The notes: generated by a model from the letters alone, not told the origin. A stretch of DNA of 64,000 nucleotides from Candidatus Aminicenantes bacterium (GCA_020348385.1 CP070750.1:1829244-1893243); one strand, 5' to 3'. Shown: positions 25,793 through 36,035, counted from the first letter of the stretch. Numbers and translations: made by a program.

Positions 25793-27312
25793 TCTCCAAA
25801 TTTTATTCCTTGGGCGAGGGGGAGCTCCTTGGACCAGTTGATGGTGTTGGTCTGTCTTCGCATATAACCTTTCCATGCATCAGAGCCCGACTCTCTTCCC
25901 CCTCCGGTTTCCTTCTCCCCTCCGAAGGCTCCGCCTATTTCTGCCCCGGAAGTTCCGATATTGACATTGGCGATCCCGCAATCCGAACCTTCATGGGAAA
26001 GGAATTTTTCAGCAGTCAAAAGATTGGTGGTGAAAACAGCACTGGACAACCCCTGAGGAACTTCGTTGTGCAACTGGATGGCCTCCTCGATGTTATCGTA
26101 TTCCATAAGGTAAAGAATCGGAGCGAAGGTTTCGATGTGGACGATTTCTGTCTGATCCGGCATTTTAACGATGGTGGGTTCGACAAAGCGTTCGCCAATA
26201 TCAGAAAGACGATTCCCGCCATAGAGGACCTCCCCACCCTGCTCTTTTGCCTCCTCTAGAGCTGCCATCATGTCTTCAACCGCACCTTTGGTTACCAGCG
26301 GTCCCATCAAGGTTTTTTCTTTAATCGGATCACCGATGATCACCTGCTTGTAGGCATTCACGATTCGCCCGCTTAATTCAGAAGAGATGGATCTGTGCAT
26401 GATAACACGCCGGGTTGATGTGCAGCGCTGGCCTGCTGTTCCTACAGCTCCGAAAAGGATGGTGCGCACCGCCATCTCCAGGTCGGCATCTTCGGCCACG
26501 ATCACGGCATTATTGCCACCCAGCTCCAGTATGGTGCTGCCAAAACGCCGTGCCACAGCCTCGGAAACACGCCGTCCCATTTTTGTCGATCCGGTGAATG
26601 ATATGAGCGGCAGCCTCGAATCGTTTATCATTCGTTCGCCAACAACCGCTCCTCTTCCGATAGTGATGTTGAAAATTCCTTTCAGGCCATGATCTGCCAT
26701 GACCTGATTAGCGATATGTTGGATAGCGATAGCCGTTAAAGGCGTCTCAGAAGAAGGCTTCCAGACAGTCGTATCCCCACAGACCGCAGCGATCGCCGCA
26801 TTCCATGCCCAAACTGCCACCGGGAAATTGAAGGCCGTGATGACACCGATGGCCCCAAGGGGGTGCCACTGCTCATACATCCTGTGTCCTGGGCGCTCGG
26901 AATGCATACTCAGGCCATAGAGCTGGCGCGAAAGACCGATTGCGAAATCACAGATGTCGATCATCTCCTGAACTTCACCATGACCTTCAGCCCTTATCTT
27001 TCCCATCTCAAGAGTGACCAGGTCTCCTAGAGGCTCTTTATTCTCCCTCAACGCTTCTCCCAAATCCCTGACTATCAGTCCCCTTCTTGGAGCCGGTAAC
27101 ATCCGCCAGGATTTGAAACCCTCTACAGCCAAACGCAGGACCTGCTCGTAGGTTTTTTCTGTAGTTTGAAGCACTTTGGCGATAGGCTCACCTGTTGTCG
27201 GGTTATAGGAGACGATCTCCTCACCTGTGGGATCTTCGTACCAATCATCCGGGCCAGCACAGGCGCCTACGTTGACGTCTTTAATCTTAAGTTTCTCCAG
27301 TAATTCTTTCAC
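25789..27312 (-). CDS. ALDH7-type (alpha-aminoadipic semialdehyde / piperideine-6-carboxylate) dehydrogenase
   Basis: GEVQEMIDICDFAIGLSRQLYG..ERPGH..EQWHPLG..ITAFNFPVAVWAWN closely follows the antiquitin/ALDH7 pattern. It has the catalytic Cys region GQRCTS. Confidence 0.8.
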   Translation of the reverse strand: MKELLEKLKIKDVNVGACAGPDDWYEDPTGEEIVSYNPTTGEPIAKVLQTTEKTYEQVLRLAVEGFKSWRMLPAPRRGLIVRDLGEALRENKEPLGDLVTLEMGKIRAEGHGEVQEMIDICDFAIGLSRQLYGLSMHSERPGHRMYEQWHPLGAIGVITAFNFPVAVWAWNAAIAAVCGDTTVWKPSSETPLTAIAIQHIANQVMADHGLKGIFNITIGRGAVVGERMINDSRLPLISFTGSTKMGRRVSEAVARRFGSTILELGGNNAVIVAEDADLEMAVRTILFGAVGTAGQRCTSTRRVIMHRSISSELSGRIVNAYKQVIIGDPIKEKTLMGPLVTKGAVEDMMAALEEAKEQGGEVLYGGNRLSDIGERFVEPTIVKMPDQTEIVHIETFAPILYLMEYDNIEEAIQLHNEVPQGLSSAVFTTNLLTAEKFLSHEGSDCGIANVNIGTSGAEIGGAFGGEKETGGGRESGSDAWKGYMRRQTNTINWSKELPLAQGIKFGD

Positions 27313-27329
27313 AGTTTTATCCTTTCGTT

Positions 27330-28958
27330 TTAATCTTCATCCATATACGGATAACGATAATCCCCCGGTGGATTCAAATTTTCCTTGATGGTCCGAGCGC
27401 TAACCCAGCGAAGAAGGTTGAGGTAAGATCCAGCTTTGTCATTGGTGCCGGAGCCGCGAGCTCCCCCAAAAGGCTGTTGTCCCACAACCGCCCCTGTCGG
27501 TTTGTCATTGATGTAGAAGTTTCCGGCCGAATGGCGTAGCGCTTTGGAGGCCACTTCAATAGCTTTTCGATCGTTGGCAAAAATAGAACCAGTCAAGGCA
27601 TACGGCGACGTCGTATCGCACAATTGGAGGGTTTTGGCATACTCATTCTCCGGATACGAAAAAATGGTTAGAACAGGGCCGAAGATCTCTTCTTCCATGA
27701 GTTTGAATTTGGGATTTGTAGTGAGTACGACAGTGGGTTCGATGAAATACCCTTTGGAATCATCGTATCCCCCCCCGACGATGATCTCTGCTTCGCTCGA
27801 GCTTTTCGCATAGTCAATATACTCCACAATGCTATCATAGGCCGCCTTATCGATCACCGCACCCATAAACATAGAAAAATCGTTGATATCACCCATCTTG
27901 ATCGTCTTGACCTGATCCACTAAACGCTCTTTCAAAGCGGGCCACAAGCTCTGGGGGATATACGCGCGACTGGCAGCCGAACACTTCTGGCCTTGGTATT
28001 CGTAGGCCCCTCTTACCAAGGCAGTCGCCGTAATCTCTAAGTCAGCGGATGCATGAACAAATACATAGTCTTTCCCTCCAGTTTCGCCGACGATTCTCGG
28101 ATAGGAGCGGTAGTTCATGATGTTTCCGCCTATAGTTTTCCACATTCCTTGGAACACGGCCGTACTCCCTGTGAAATGGACACCAGCCATGTCCTCTTTT
28201 TCTAGAACGGGATCTCCAACGTATCGCCCAGGGCCGGGGATAAAATTGATCACTCCATCGGGCAAACCAGCTTCTTTCCACAATTGCGTGCAAAAATAAG
28301 CCGAGTAGACAGCAGAGGAAGCGGGTTTCCAGAGTACCACATTTCCCATCATAGCGGGAGAAGTTGGCAGGTTCCCTGCAATGGAAGTAAAATTGAAAGG
28401 TGTCACAGCAAAAACAAATCCTTCGAGGGCTCGGTATTCCACATAATTCCAGCTATCTCCTACCGAATCAGGCTGTTCAGCGTATATCTGTTTCATGTAA
28501 TATGGATTATAGCGGTAAAAATCTATCAATTCACAGGCCGCATCGATTTCGGCTTGATGAGGGGTCTTGGATTGCCCGAGCATGGTCGAAGCATTCAGGA
28601 TGTCCCGATATTTGGTCGCCAAAAGCTCTGCGGCTTTTAAAAACACAGAGGCACGCGAAACCCAATCCATTTCAGACCAATCTTTCCAGGCCTTTTTGGC
28701 CTCTCCAACAGCCATCTTGATTTCTTCTGGACCAGCTTTGTGATACTGGGCCAGTAGATGATTGTGATCGTGAGGACATCGACAATCTGCCAAGTTCCCA
28801 GTTTTCACTTCTTTTCCCCCTATTATAAGGGGAATTTCTACCGTCTCACCAAGCATTTTTTTTAGCTGCGCTTTCAATGATGCCCTCTCAGGAGTTCCAG
28901 AGGCAAAGCTGAATATGGGCTCATTCGAAGGACGCGGAACCTTTACGATAGCGTTCAT
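27330..28958 (-). CDS. pruA: L-glutamate gamma-semialdehyde (1-pyrroline-5-carboxylate) dehydrogenase
   Basis: The ALDH4-type N-terminus (NEPIFSFASGTPERASLKAQLKKM) and GQKCSA are present. AGGAGG lies 5 nt upstream of ATG 28958 (MNAIVK). Confidence 0.85.
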   Translation of the reverse strand: MNAIVKVPRPSNEPIFSFASGTPERASLKAQLKKMLGETVEIPLIIGGKEVKTGNLADCRCPHDHNHLLAQYHKAGPEEIKMAVGEAKKAWKDWSEMDWVSRASVFLKAAELLATKYRDILNASTMLGQSKTPHQAEIDAACELIDFYRYNPYYMKQIYAEQPDSVGDSWNYVEYRALEGFVFAVTPFNFTSIAGNLPTSPAMMGNVVLWKPASSAVYSAYFCTQLWKEAGLPDGVINFIPGPGRYVGDPVLEKEDMAGVHFTGSTAVFQGMWKTIGGNIMNYRSYPRIVGETGGKDYVFVHASADLEITATALVRGAYEYQGQKCSAASRAYIPQSLWPALKERLVDQVKTIKMGDINDFSMFMGAVIDKAAYDSIVEYIDYAKSSSEAEIIVGGGYDDSKGYFIEPTVVLTTNPKFKLMEEEIFGPVLTIFSYPENEYAKTLQLCDTTSPYALTGSIFANDRKAIEVASKALRHSAGNFYINDKPTGAVVGQQPFGGARGSGTNDKAGSYLNLLRWVSARTIKENLNPPGDYRYPYMDED

Positions 28959-29088
28959 ATTTCCTCCTTTATTTTTGCTCTTAGAATCCAACATTATACA
29001 TCAATAGAAACAATACTTCACCATAATGAAGCAGATAGCGAGCATTGTTGTTTCTTGTCACGGTTTTGGGAATATATCCAGCAGGATG

Positions 29089-29634
29089 TTAGAGGCCCAG
29101 CTCCTTGTCGATCCCTTGCATTGCCCCCAAGCAAACTTCTATGAAATCATCCAGGTCCATTCCGATATTTTTTATTTGTTCGATATCCTCTCTCCTGGCT
29201 CCCCGAGCAAAACTCTTTTCTTTGTACCTCCGTTTCACGAAGGGTAGGTCCACTTCTTTGAGCCTTTTGCTGGGATGCATCAGGGTGGCCGCGATGATCA
29301 AGCCCGTGAGAGGATCGATGGAAAAAATGGACCATTCCATCTCATTCTGGCACTCTACCTGACCGGCATGGGCTTGAACAGTCCGAATAATGTCTGCTTC
29401 CACTCCCTTCTCCTCCAAAATCTTGACGGTTTCCGTGGTATGCAGCTCCGGGCTTTTTTCAGTGATCTCATAATCCAGATCATGAAGGATCCCTGCCAGC
29501 CCCCACTTTTCCTCATCTTGATTGAGTCTGCGGGCCATCGCTCTCATGCAGGCTTCCACAGCTAAGCAATGTTTGACGAGGTTTTTGTTCTTTAAATGCG
29601 CTTTTACCAGCTCCAAAGCTTTATCTCTATTCAT
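29089..29634 (-). CDS. HD-domain (HDIG-type) phosphohydrolase
   Basis: HCLAVEACMRAMA...GILHDLDYE has the HD motif. Length is 181 aa. Confidence 0.75.
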   Translation of the reverse strand: MNRDKALELVKAHLKNKNLVKHCLAVEACMRAMARRLNQDEEKWGLAGILHDLDYEITEKSPELHTTETVKILEEKGVEADIIRTVQAHAGQVECQNEMEWSIFSIDPLTGLIIAATLMHPSKRLKEVDLPFVKRRYKEKSFARGARREDIEQIKNIGMDLDDFIEVCLGAMQGIDKELGL

Positions 29635-29650
29635 TCTTCCCTCCTAGTTC

Positions 29651-29661
29651 TGAATTATACA
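29651..29661. promoter_or_regulatory. TGAATTATACA (TGAAT-N-ATTCA motif family)
   Basis: It lies 17 nt upstream of the HD-gene ATG. The flanks (CTGAATTATACATAAAACCGGCCGAT) resemble the left end of the 24313 and 42654 elements. Confidence 0.3.
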
Positions 29662-29675
29662 TAAAACCGGCCGAT

Positions 29676-31397
29676 TTATTCTTTTTTTATAACAAAGGCC
29701 ATTTTGGCAGTTGCTGATCCCTGCCCATTCTGCCCAATGACTCTGATCAAATACAACCCCTGGCTTCCCGGAATCCATGTCCAGGAGTTCTCTTCCGATG
29801 TTTCTTGGACAACCTCCTCATCCTGAAAGCATAAAACGGGAAATTTGGCGCCCACATTTATTCTTTTTAAACGGCTGAGACGGAATTCAAATTGAGGAGT
29901 GACAAATCCGGAAAAATCTACCGTAAAAACAATCTCTTGGCCGACGTTCTGCGGCGATTCCAACGATGATGTCACAGAGAGATGGATATCCACTTTCTGA
30001 ATTAAAAAAGGAAGCTTCGCTTGAGCCTTTTCTTTTTCATCGACAACCACAACACCCACGCTGTAGAACCCTTCTTCCTGAGGAAACCAATCCCAGGTGT
30101 TCAGCTCCGAACTCTCTTGGACCACTTCCCCTTCTCCCTGTTGAAACAGGAGAAGAATATCAGGATAAAACCTCGCCATGGCATAACGGATCAAAGAAAA
30201 TTCAAATTTTGGGAGATGGAATCCCGTATCTCTTGCCCTGAAGGTGATCTCTTCATCCGGTTGGTTGGGAGACTTTTTCGAGGAAGAAAGGGTAACCTGC
30301 ACCGTTTTTTTGAGAAATTGCAATAGTCCAGAATCTTTTTCCGGATCATGGAGGTTGATCAACAGGAAGGGCGCTAACCAGGTCGGATTTGACTTGATTT
30401 CTTGGGCGGCAGAAAAGCTCCCTTTATTTTCTCCTGTTAGTATGTCAAAACAAATGAGCTCTGGAGAAAAAGAAGAAACCACTACCTTCTTTTCGATGAC
30501 TTCCACCCGATAATAACTCCGAGAGGGAATAGAATTCCACCAAAGTATCGTCCCGTTATTTTTATTCAGACAGTATAAAACACAGTTCCAGCACAGAAAA
30601 AATATCCGTTTCCCGGCCACAACGGGAGGAACAAAAGTGGCACCACCAGAACGAATCCTCCATTTTCTTTTTTGTCGATTTAAATTCACACAATGAAGGT
30701 ACCGATCTTCTGTACCGAAAAACAGGAGGTTTTCAGCAACAGTCAAGGTTTTCCCCGTTTTTCCCCCGGCATGATATTTAGCCGAAAGCATTCCTCTGTT
30801 GTCTACAAGATAGACATGGAGATCATCACATCCAAAGAGCAATTTGTCTTGCCAAATGACAAGGTTGGACCGAACCGCATCTTCGGCCTGAAATTGCCAA
30901 AGTTCTTTCCCCGTATCAGCATTCAAACTGAAGAGAAGCCCATTTTCAATGCCGAGGTAGACCTGCCCCCCACTCTCTGCAATCCCACTAGTGATCTTGC
31001 CCTTGAGTGTCGTTTCCCACAGAAACTTTCCGGCTCGATCGACACAATACAGAGTGTTCTTGTTGTCATTGACATAAATACGGCTCTCTGTGAGATACGG
31101 GGGGGATGCTAAAGAAGCGGGGATGTCAACTTCCCACAACATCTCTCTTTTTTGACCATCGATACAGTAAATCTTCCCTTTTCTCGTTGAAAAATAAAGG
31201 AAGTGATCTTCTGTTTGAATCAGGGAAACGATTTCTCCTTCATACGAGAGTTCATGTTCTTTCTCGACGGGAAAAATCACCCCCATCGGATAGGGAACAA
31301 CCCTGGCTTTAAAGATGGAGCAAAAATGTCCGAATAGGATGACACAAAGAAGGATTGCGGATTTTTTCATGCCTTCTAAAAGATCGTATGATAGCAT
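29676..31397 (-). CDS. secreted PQQ-like (BamB-type) beta-propeller protein with two C-terminal Ig-like Y_Y_Y-type repeats
   Basis: It has repeated ..LYCVD..GK..W.. propeller blades. The C-terminal tandem repeats carry FEF(S/R)L...W.W.P...G.Y. A signal peptide is present if the start is ATG 31370 (MKKSAILLCVILF). Confidence 0.65.
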   Translation of the reverse strand: MLSYDLLEGMKKSAILLCVILFGHFCSIFKARVVPYPMGVIFPVEKEHELSYEGEIVSLIQTEDHFLYFSTRKGKIYCIDGQKREMLWEVDIPASLASPPYLTESRIYVNDNKNTLYCVDRAGKFLWETTLKGKITSGIAESGGQVYLGIENGLLFSLNADTGKELWQFQAEDAVRSNLVIWQDKLLFGCDDLHVYLVDNRGMLSAKYHAGGKTGKTLTVAENLLFFGTEDRYLHCVNLNRQKRKWRIRSGGATFVPPVVAGKRIFFLCWNCVLYCLNKNNGTILWWNSIPSRSYYRVEVIEKKVVVSSFSPELICFDILTGENKGSFSAAQEIKSNPTWLAPFLLINLHDPEKDSGLLQFLKKTVQVTLSSSKKSPNQPDEEITFRARDTGFHLPKFEFSLIRYAMARFYPDILLLFQQGEGEVVQESSELNTWDWFPQEEGFYSVGVVVVDEKEKAQAKLPFLIQKVDIHLSVTSSLESPQNVGQEIVFTVDFSGFVTPQFEFRLSRLKRINVGAKFPVLCFQDEEVVQETSEENSWTWIPGSQGLYLIRVIGQNGQGSATAKMAFVIKKE

Positions 31398-31640
31398 TTA
31401 ATCGGCGCACAGGCCAGGGTTTACATAAGAAATGTAAGCTGATATCATTCGGATAATTACAGATCATGATAAATTACATCCTGCTCTATAAGATCAGAAA
31501 ACGAGTTAAGAGAATCATCAAAGAAAAAATTGAGGATGAAGAGATTGCTACCACGGAAAAATCATGTATCGGATGTCTGGCTGATGAAATAAGCTGGGAA
31601 ATTTATTACCTTCTCAAAGAGAACAAAGGAGAAAAATAGA

Positions 31641-32951
31641 TCAGGTTTTCGCTTTAGTCTTCTTTTTCAAGTCATTCCACCAAGCGATTCTCTTCTTGAT
31701 CTCCTTTTCCAATCCCAAATGGCCTGGATCATAATATTTGCGACCTTTGAATTTTTTGGGGAAAGTTTCCATATCCGTGGTCACGTGCTCGAAGTTGTGG
31801 GCATACTTATAATCTTTTCCGTATCCCACTTCTTTCATCAATGAGGAGACAGGATTGCGCAACTGGAGAGGCACGGGCTCGAAAGGACTGGATTCCACAT
31901 CTTTCATGGCTTTTGCAAACGCAAGATAAGCTCTGTTGCTCTTGGGAGCTGAGGCAAGATAGATGACAGCCTCTGCCAAAGCCAGTTCTCCTTCCGGAGA
32001 ACCGATAAAATCATAAGCATCCTTGGCGTTGAGCGCAAGGGTTAGGGCTTGGGGATCCGCCAGGCCGATATCCTCCGATGCAAAACGGACAAGCCTTCGG
32101 GTAATATACAGGGGATCTTCTCCGGCAACGATCATCCGAGCCAGCCAGTAAAGGGAAGCGTCCACATCACTGTTGCGGAGGCTTTTATGCAGTGCCGAGA
32201 TCAGATTAAAATGTTCTTCTCCCCTTTTATCATACAGGAGGATTCTTTTTTGCAGGGCTTCCTTAACCTCTTCCACGGTAATTTTCCCTTTATTCGCAAG
32301 GTTGGCTGAAATCTCCAAGGTATTCAATGCCCGGCGGGCATCGCCGTTTGCATAATCGATGGTCATTTTAATCGCCTGGTCCCCTATCTTCAGATTCATC
32401 TTTCCCAAGCCGTCTTTTTTGTCCTTTATGGCCTCTTTTAGGATATGGACCAAGGTCTTATCTGACAACGGTTTCAGCACCAGAACTTTCATCCTCGAGA
32501 GTAGGGGCGCGATGACTTCAAACGAGGGATTTTCCGTTGTCGAACCAAACAATATGATGTCCCCCTTTTCCACATAAGGAAGGAATGCGCCCTGCTGGGC
32601 CTTGTTGAATCGGTGTATTTCATCAATAAATATTATTGTCGGCTGGCCGTACATTTTTTTATGACTTTCGGCTTTGGCCATAACCTCTTTGACTTCCTTG
32701 ATCCCGGAAAGAACGGCGCTGAAAAACAAGCAGGGAAGATTGAACTGTTGGGCCAGGATGTATCCCAGGGTCGTTTTCCCAGAACCGGGCGGACCCCAGA
32801 ATACGATCGAAACGAGGTGATCTGACTCGATGAGTTGAGACAGGATCTTACCTTGGCCTATGAGGTGATCCTGGCCGCAGAATCGCTCTAACGATTTAGG
32901 CCGCATTCTCTCCGCCAGAGGAACACGTTCCTGACCAGTCTTATCTGTCAT
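31641..32951 (-). CDS. rarA: replication-associated recombination protein A (AAA+ ATPase)
   Basis: It has the motifs GPPGSGKTTL and IFIDEIHRFNK plus the MgsA C-terminal domain (DASLYWLARM). Confidence 0.95.
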   Translation of the reverse strand: MTDKTGQERVPLAERMRPKSLERFCGQDHLIGQGKILSQLIESDHLVSIVFWGPPGSGKTTLGYILAQQFNLPCLFFSAVLSGIKEVKEVMAKAESHKKMYGQPTIIFIDEIHRFNKAQQGAFLPYVEKGDIILFGSTTENPSFEVIAPLLSRMKVLVLKPLSDKTLVHILKEAIKDKKDGLGKMNLKIGDQAIKMTIDYANGDARRALNTLEISANLANKGKITVEEVKEALQKRILLYDKRGEEHFNLISALHKSLRNSDVDASLYWLARMIVAGEDPLYITRRLVRFASEDIGLADPQALTLALNAKDAYDFIGSPEGELALAEAVIYLASAPKSNRAYLAFAKAMKDVESSPFEPVPLQLRNPVSSLMKEVGYGKDYKYAHNFEHVTTDMETFPKKFKGRKYYDPGHLGLEKEIKKRIAWWNDLKKKTKAKT

Positions 32952-33015
32952 GCTCCCGATTATCCTCGGCAGGAATTATAACAGATATAAATTAAAATGG
33001 GGAATTTTCTCCACC

Positions 33016-33044
33016 TTGACGAATAGGAGAATCCATGTTATTTT
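33016..33044 (+). promoter_or_regulatory. sigma70-type promoter candidate TTGACG-N17-TATTTT with TGt extension
   Basis: TTGACG at 33016-33021, TG at 33036-33037, TATTTT at 33039-33044. It lies 38 nt upstream of the MerR-family gene. Confidence 0.35.
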
Positions 33045-33082
33045 ACAGGCTGATACACCCGAATACACAGGGTTAGACTCGG

Positions 33083-33436
33083 ATGAAAAGCGAAAACATT
33101 CCTGAAAAGCTTGTATACAAGCTGGACGAGATCAGTCGCATAGCCAAACTGGATCCCGAGATCATTGACAATTGGGAAAAGGAATTTTATTTCATCCATG
33201 CCGGTCAAACAGCCACAGGGCACAAGATATTCCGGAAAAAGGACTTGGCAATCATCCTCCGGCTCAAAGAGCTGGTCGAAACACAAGGCCTTACTCTTGC
33301 CGGCGCTAAAAGGCGTATCGAGGAAGAGTTCGGATTGAAAAGTTCGTCATTGGTTCACTCCGATCGGCTGAGGAAAGCTCTTTATGATGTTAGGGAGCAG
33401 TTGAAAGACCTTGCCGCATCTCTCGAGAAAAAATAA
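33083..33436 (+). CDS. MerR-family HTH transcriptional regulator
   Basis: YKLDEISRIAKLDPEIIDNWEKEF...GHKIFRKKDLAIILRLKELV matches the MerR HTH plus wing pattern. Confidence 0.7.
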   Translation: MKSENIPEKLVYKLDEISRIAKLDPEIIDNWEKEFYFIHAGQTATGHKIFRKKDLAIILRLKELVETQGLTLAGAKRRIEEEFGLKSSSLVHSDRLRKALYDVREQLKDLAASLEKK

Positions 33437-33450
33437 AGCTTTCTCCCCAC

Positions 33451-33478
33451 TTGCTTGATTTTCAATCTTTGTTATAAT
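33451..33478 (+). promoter_or_regulatory. sigma70-type promoter candidate for tRNA-Pro (TTGCTT-N16-TATAAT with TGt extension)
   Basis: TTGCTT at 33451-33456 and TGtTATAAT at 33470-33478, 16 nt upstream of the mature tRNA 5' end. Confidence 0.45.
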
Positions 33479-33494
33479 AAATGGTCCTTTTGGT

Positions 33495-33571
33495 CGGGAC
33501 GTGGCGCAGCCAGGTAGCGCACACGCTTGGGGTGCGTGGGGTCGGCGGTTCAAATCCGCCCGTCCCGACCA
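33495..33571 (+). tRNA. tRNA-Pro (anticodon GGG), CCA encoded
   Basis: I folded the cloverleaf by hand. Acceptor stem CGGGACG/CGTCCCG, D arm GCGC/GCGC, anticodon stem CACGC/GCGTG with loop TTGGGGT, T arm GGCGG-TTCAAAT-CCGCC, discriminator A plus CCA. Confidence 0.9.
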
Positions 33572-33624
33572 TCCTTAAGATTGTGACGGCCAAATGCTAA
33601 AGTGCCTGTTTCATTATTGATAAA

Positions 33625-34401
33625 ATGAAAAAACCGCTGATTTTATTGACCAATGATGATGGTTTGTATGCAGAAGGAATCTCTGTTCTATCCGATGAAC
33701 TCACAAATTTGGGCCAAATTTATATTGTCGCTCCCGATCAAGAAAAGAGCGCCTCATCCCTGGCCCTAACGCTCCATCATCCTTTGCGTGTTAAGCAAAT
33801 CAAAAAAAACAGGTATGCCGTAAACGGGACGCCAGCAGACTGTGTTTACTTGGCTGTCCAGAAGTTCCTACCTCGTCTTCCTGATCTGCTCATCTCCGGA
33901 ATCAATCATGGTCCGAATCTCGGTCAACAGGACACATCCTACTCCGGGACCGTCGCGGGCGCCAAACAGGGAGCTTTTCTCGACATCCCCTCGATGGCTG
34001 TCTCTCTTATTCCCGATAATGAAGGCCAGTTTTCCTTCGCTGCGGCTGCCAAAATCGTGCACGCCCTCGCCACGAATATCTTGGAAAATCCCCTCCCTCA
34101 GGGAATATTCCTGAACATCAATATTCCCGCTCCTCCCTTGAAGGGCATTAAAATCGCCCAACTCGGCCAAAAAAGATACAATCCGCGGGTGATAGAAAAA
34201 GAAGATCCTAGAGGACGACTTTATTATTGGATCGGGACGGGGAATCCCAAGGCTCTCGGGGATTCAGATAGCGATGTCATGGTCATTAAAGAGGGATACA
34301 TAACCGTGACACCTCTCCAAAACGATTCCACTGATCTTTCCTCTGTCCAATCCTCCAAATTCCATAAAATGTTGGAATCATTTGAAGCAGAAATACTCTA
34401 A
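33625..34401 (+). CDS. surE: 5'/3'-nucleotidase SurE
   Basis: The N-terminus ILLTNDDG and the motifs GTPADCV and SGINHGPN are present. Confidence 0.95.
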   Translation: MKKPLILLTNDDGLYAEGISVLSDELTNLGQIYIVAPDQEKSASSLALTLHHPLRVKQIKKNRYAVNGTPADCVYLAVQKFLPRLPDLLISGINHGPNLGQQDTSYSGTVAGAKQGAFLDIPSMAVSLIPDNEGQFSFAAAAKIVHALATNILENPLPQGIFLNINIPAPPLKGIKIAQLGQKRYNPRVIEKEDPRGRLYYWIGTGNPKALGDSDSDVMVIKEGYITVTPLQNDSTDLSSVQSSKFHKMLESFEAEIL

Positions 34402-34442
34402 ATCTTAAGATCGTGAACAATCAGGATTAGTCAAAAGGCTAA

Positions 34443-34922
34443 CTAGAATATCGACACAAAAGCGGAAACAAGAACTCCAGCAATAGTCACCCCTAAGATG
34501 ATCGCCGGAAAAGCATAACGAGGTTTGATATCGAATAGAATGGCTACCACGGAGCCCGTCCACGCTCCTGTTACAGGCAAAGGAATAGCGACAAAAAGGG
34601 AAAGGCCGATAGCCCCCCATTTCATGACTCTCTTGCCTCGTCTGTAGGTACGGGCATAAAACCAATCAAAAAATCTGCGGACTATTTTGATATGCGACAG
34701 CATTTTTCTTATCGGCTCTAAAAAATAGATAATAGGTAGGATAGGTATCAAATTGCCCAACCAGGATAGTAGGAATGCGGAAAGCACCGGCATTTCAAAA
34801 TGCAGCACAGCAAGCGGAATGGCCCCCCTGAGTTCGAATATCGGGAGCATGCTCACGATCAGGACGATAAACTCCCGGTTCAATTGAAAATTATTCAGGA
34901 ACTCCACAAAATCATTCAGCAT
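34443..34922 (-). CDS. small multidrug-export-like membrane protein (COG2426 type)
   Basis: It has PIFELRGAIPLA near the N-terminus, four TM segments and IPLPVTGAWTGS. Confidence 0.6.
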   Translation of the reverse strand: MLNDFVEFLNNFQLNREFIVLIVSMLPIFELRGAIPLAVLHFEMPVLSAFLLSWLGNLIPILPIIYFLEPIRKMLSHIKIVRRFFDWFYARTYRRGKRVMKWGAIGLSLFVAIPLPVTGAWTGSVVAILFDIKPRYAFPAIILGVTIAGVLVSAFVSIF

Positions 34923-35038
34923 TTGTCCCTACTATAACCGATCAAAGCGGAATGTCAATCAGGCTTTTGGGCTATTTACGTGTGGAGGAGAAATAATTAT
35001 AGTAGAGGAGAACCTGAAGACAGGAAAAGCGTGCTGGA

Positions 35039-36034
35039 ATGTCCAGACGAAAACGAAATAAAATCGAAGAAGCTCTGTATCATCTAGCTAAACACGAGAC
35101 AGAGTGCAAGCTCTGCCCGAGAGAATGTGGAGTCGACAGAAAATCCGACGAAAAAGGATATTGCCAAACAACGAACCAAGCCTTCCTTTCTCACGCCGTC
35201 CTCCATTTCGGAGAAGAGCCTGTACTAAGCGGCATGCATAATTGTGCAAGAGAAACGGGGAAATCGAAAGTCCCTCGGTCTGGTTCAGGGGCTCTTTTTT
35301 TCTCCGGATGCAACTTGAAATGTCGTTTTTGTCAAAATTACCAGATCAGTTGGTTCAACCAAGGAGAGAAATTGAGCTCGGATGAGTTGGCGGCGCAAAT
35401 GATCGGGCTCCAGAAAAAGGGGGCGCTGAACATCAACCTAGTCTCCCCTACCCATATTCTTATCCCCATTTTAAGAGCCTTACAAAAAGCTTATGATCAG
35501 GGGCTCCATATCCCGTTGGTATACAACTCGAACGGGTATGAAAAAGCCGAAATTATTCAATATCTGGATGAGATCGTGGATGTCTACCTCCCCGATTGCA
35601 AATACTTCTCCTCCCAGTTGAGCCAGACTCTTTCTCAAGCACCCGATTACTTCCTTTTTGCCAGAGCTTCGATCCAAGAAATGTATCGCCAACGGCCAAG
35701 GTTTAAATGTGATGACCATGACCGCGCTCAGAAAGGGCTGATCATTCGACACCTGGTTCTGCCCGGACAAAACAAAGATTCGATAAATATCCTCAAGTGG
35801 CTGTCCCAAAATTGCAGGGATGGAACCGCTCTGAGTTTGATGAGCCAATACATCCCCTGCTACAAAGCTCCCCACAGCCTCCAACGATCCCTGGAGGGCG
35901 AGGAATACAACAAGGTGGTGGAGAAGGCGATCGATTGCGGATTCGAAACCGTGTTTATCCAACCCGAACCTTTCACATCAGGAGAGAACCGAATCCCGGA
36001 TTTTAATCGCAAAAATCCTTTCGATTGGAGTTGA
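35039..36034 (+). CDS. radical SAM enzyme, PflX/AmmeMemoRadiSam-like activase family
   Basis: It has the N-terminal C-x-LCPReCGVDR...GYC motif and the CX3CX2C cluster CNLKCRFC. No SPASM-type C-terminal Cys clusters are seen. Confidence 0.8.
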   Translation: MSRRKRNKIEEALYHLAKHETECKLCPRECGVDRKSDEKGYCQTTNQAFLSHAVLHFGEEPVLSGMHNCARETGKSKVPRSGSGALFFSGCNLKCRFCQNYQISWFNQGEKLSSDELAAQMIGLQKKGALNINLVSPTHILIPILRALQKAYDQGLHIPLVYNSNGYEKAEIIQYLDEIVDVYLPDCKYFSSQLSQTLSQAPDYFLFARASIQEMYRQRPRFKCDDHDRAQKGLIIRHLVLPGQNKDSINILKWLSQNCRDGTALSLMSQYIPCYKAPHSLQRSLEGEEYNKVVEKAIDCGFETVFIQPEPFTSGENRIPDFNRKNPFDWS

Positions 36035-36035
36035 T

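Noticed and set aside
31466-31639. 57-aa plus-strand ORF (MINYILLYKIRKRVKRIIKEKIEDEEIATTEKSCIGCLADEISWEIYYLLKENKGEK) in the rarA / PQQ-propeller spacer.
   Set aside because: It has no SD, runs antisense to the flanking minus-strand transcription unit, and has AT-rich composition typical of a chance ORF. It is possible but unsupported.
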